Below, piece after piece: positions 62,865 through 64,000 of a DNA stretch of 64,000 bases. The notes beneath the pieces were generated by a model that saw nothing but the letters and a program-made list of their open reading frames with translations, was not told where the DNA came from and ran no database searches. The translations under genes were made by a program, and so were the position numbers. The stretch is from the human T2T-CHM13v2.0 reference genome, Homo sapiens: the NCBI RefSeq assembly GCF_009914755.1, contig NC_060930.1. One strand, given 5' to 3'. Positions within the stretch are counted from its first letter, which is position 1. Each line of letters begins with the position of its first letter.

Positions 62865-63689
62865 CTGGTCCAGGTCTTTCTAACCCAGGGCTCCCACACT
62901 ACTCTCCACCCCTGCCACCTTGTTCTCCTACTGTCCCCTCTACCACATGGCCCAGAAGAGGGGGAACGCTGCCCCTGCTTCAGTTTCCCTCCAATTCAGG
63001 TTTGAGGCCATCATCCTCTTCCCTGGGTAGGTAGCAGAAGCACAACTCTGGAGAAAAAGCTGAGCGCATAGTGGAAGAAGCCTCTGGTAGGGCTCTGGCG
63101 GGCTGTCAGGGGGCGATTTAGGGCGATTGCTTTCCACCAGGCACATTGTTTCACTGCAGCAAATATTTCCTCAGCGTTGCTACAAGACGTCTATTTGGCA
63201 AACCACAGAGGGCCTGCAGGCCCCACTCTCTACTGGTAAAGAGGCAGGCGGGCACTGCTGATGACTGGAGTAAATCTGAGCTCACAATTAAAATCTCTTT
63301 AGAGATTGCAGCCAAGTGACTGATGGATAGGACCCCAGGCTCCATCCGTCCCCTCCACGCTCCTCCACCAAGACAGATATCGACAGGGCATCATAAATAG
63401 CCTCGCATATCCAGGGCTTGCAGGCTGGCAGGAGATGAGGTGGAGGAATTTAAGGAAAGGGCTGAATTGGGCTCTGTTCTGCAGGGTCCAAGCTGGGGGC
63501 TTTGTGCAAATCATCTTGGATGAGTGGGGAAAGTATTTTTATCACCTTTCTATAAATGAGGGAGCTGAGGCCCAGGCTACACAAAGACAGATTTCCTGAA
63601 CTTGAATTTTGGAACCACACAAAACTATGTGTGGCCTCCTGGGGTCACCACATATTTTGCCCTCGATCACACTTTCCACCTGTCTGGAA

Positions 63690-64000
63690 TGCCCATCCCT
63701 TCCCCCAGCACCTGCCATAGCAGGTGATGTTGGTGCCCAGCCCACACTCCTTCATTCTTACGGCTTCAGTGCGTACTAGTCTGACTCCCAACTGCTACAA
63801 CCTGCATTTTTTTTTTTTTTGCTTGAAGGCTCTCTCTGGCCACCAGAGTCCATGTTGCCATCTGTGCAGCAGGCCAGGAGTGTGGGGTAATTAATGCCTC
63901 CCCAAGACAGCCCTCATCAGTGATGGATGGCAGGTGACAAGAGTGTAAATACCCCAACTCCTTCACCACTCAGTTGGGATAACTCTAAGGTGTGTTCTAC
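63690..64000 (+). mobile_element. ERVL LTR (LTR16A-like), runs off the window end
   Basis: 'gacagccctca...gtgtaaataccccaactccttcacc...gggataactctaagg'; resembles the element at 24630-25001. Confidence 0.6.

Overview
This is primate (almost certainly human) genomic DNA, dense in Alu, MIR, L2, LTR and hAT repeats. It contains the 5' end of MDGA1 on the minus strand. The only supportable protein-coding sequence is MDGA1 coding exon 1 (11826->11760, signal peptide MEVTCLLLLALIPFHCRGQGVY followed by a phase-1 GT donor). It lies in a ~3.3 kb CpG island (~11.0-14.35 kb). Positions 1-11759 are MDGA1 intron 1, and ~14.4-64 kb is upstream intergenic DNA. The other entries in the ORF track look like Alu-derived, GC-island or microsatellite artefacts or chance ORFs. 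I found no new protein-coding system. The most interesting signals are regulatory or structural: (1) a two-AUG polyproline uORF that stops 2 nt before the MDGA1 start codon; (2) a ~205 bp polypyrimidine/(CT)30 tract abutting the promoter; (3) an orphan promoter-like CpG cluster at ~20.3-21.0 kb; (4) several transposon-free, homeodomain/TCF/FOX-motif-dense enhancer-like blocks; (5) a template-switch scar inside an Alu; (6) an ERVL dUTPase fossil; (7) a solo LTR with TATA and polyA signals retained. Repeat subfamily names and boundaries were assigned by eye and are approximate.
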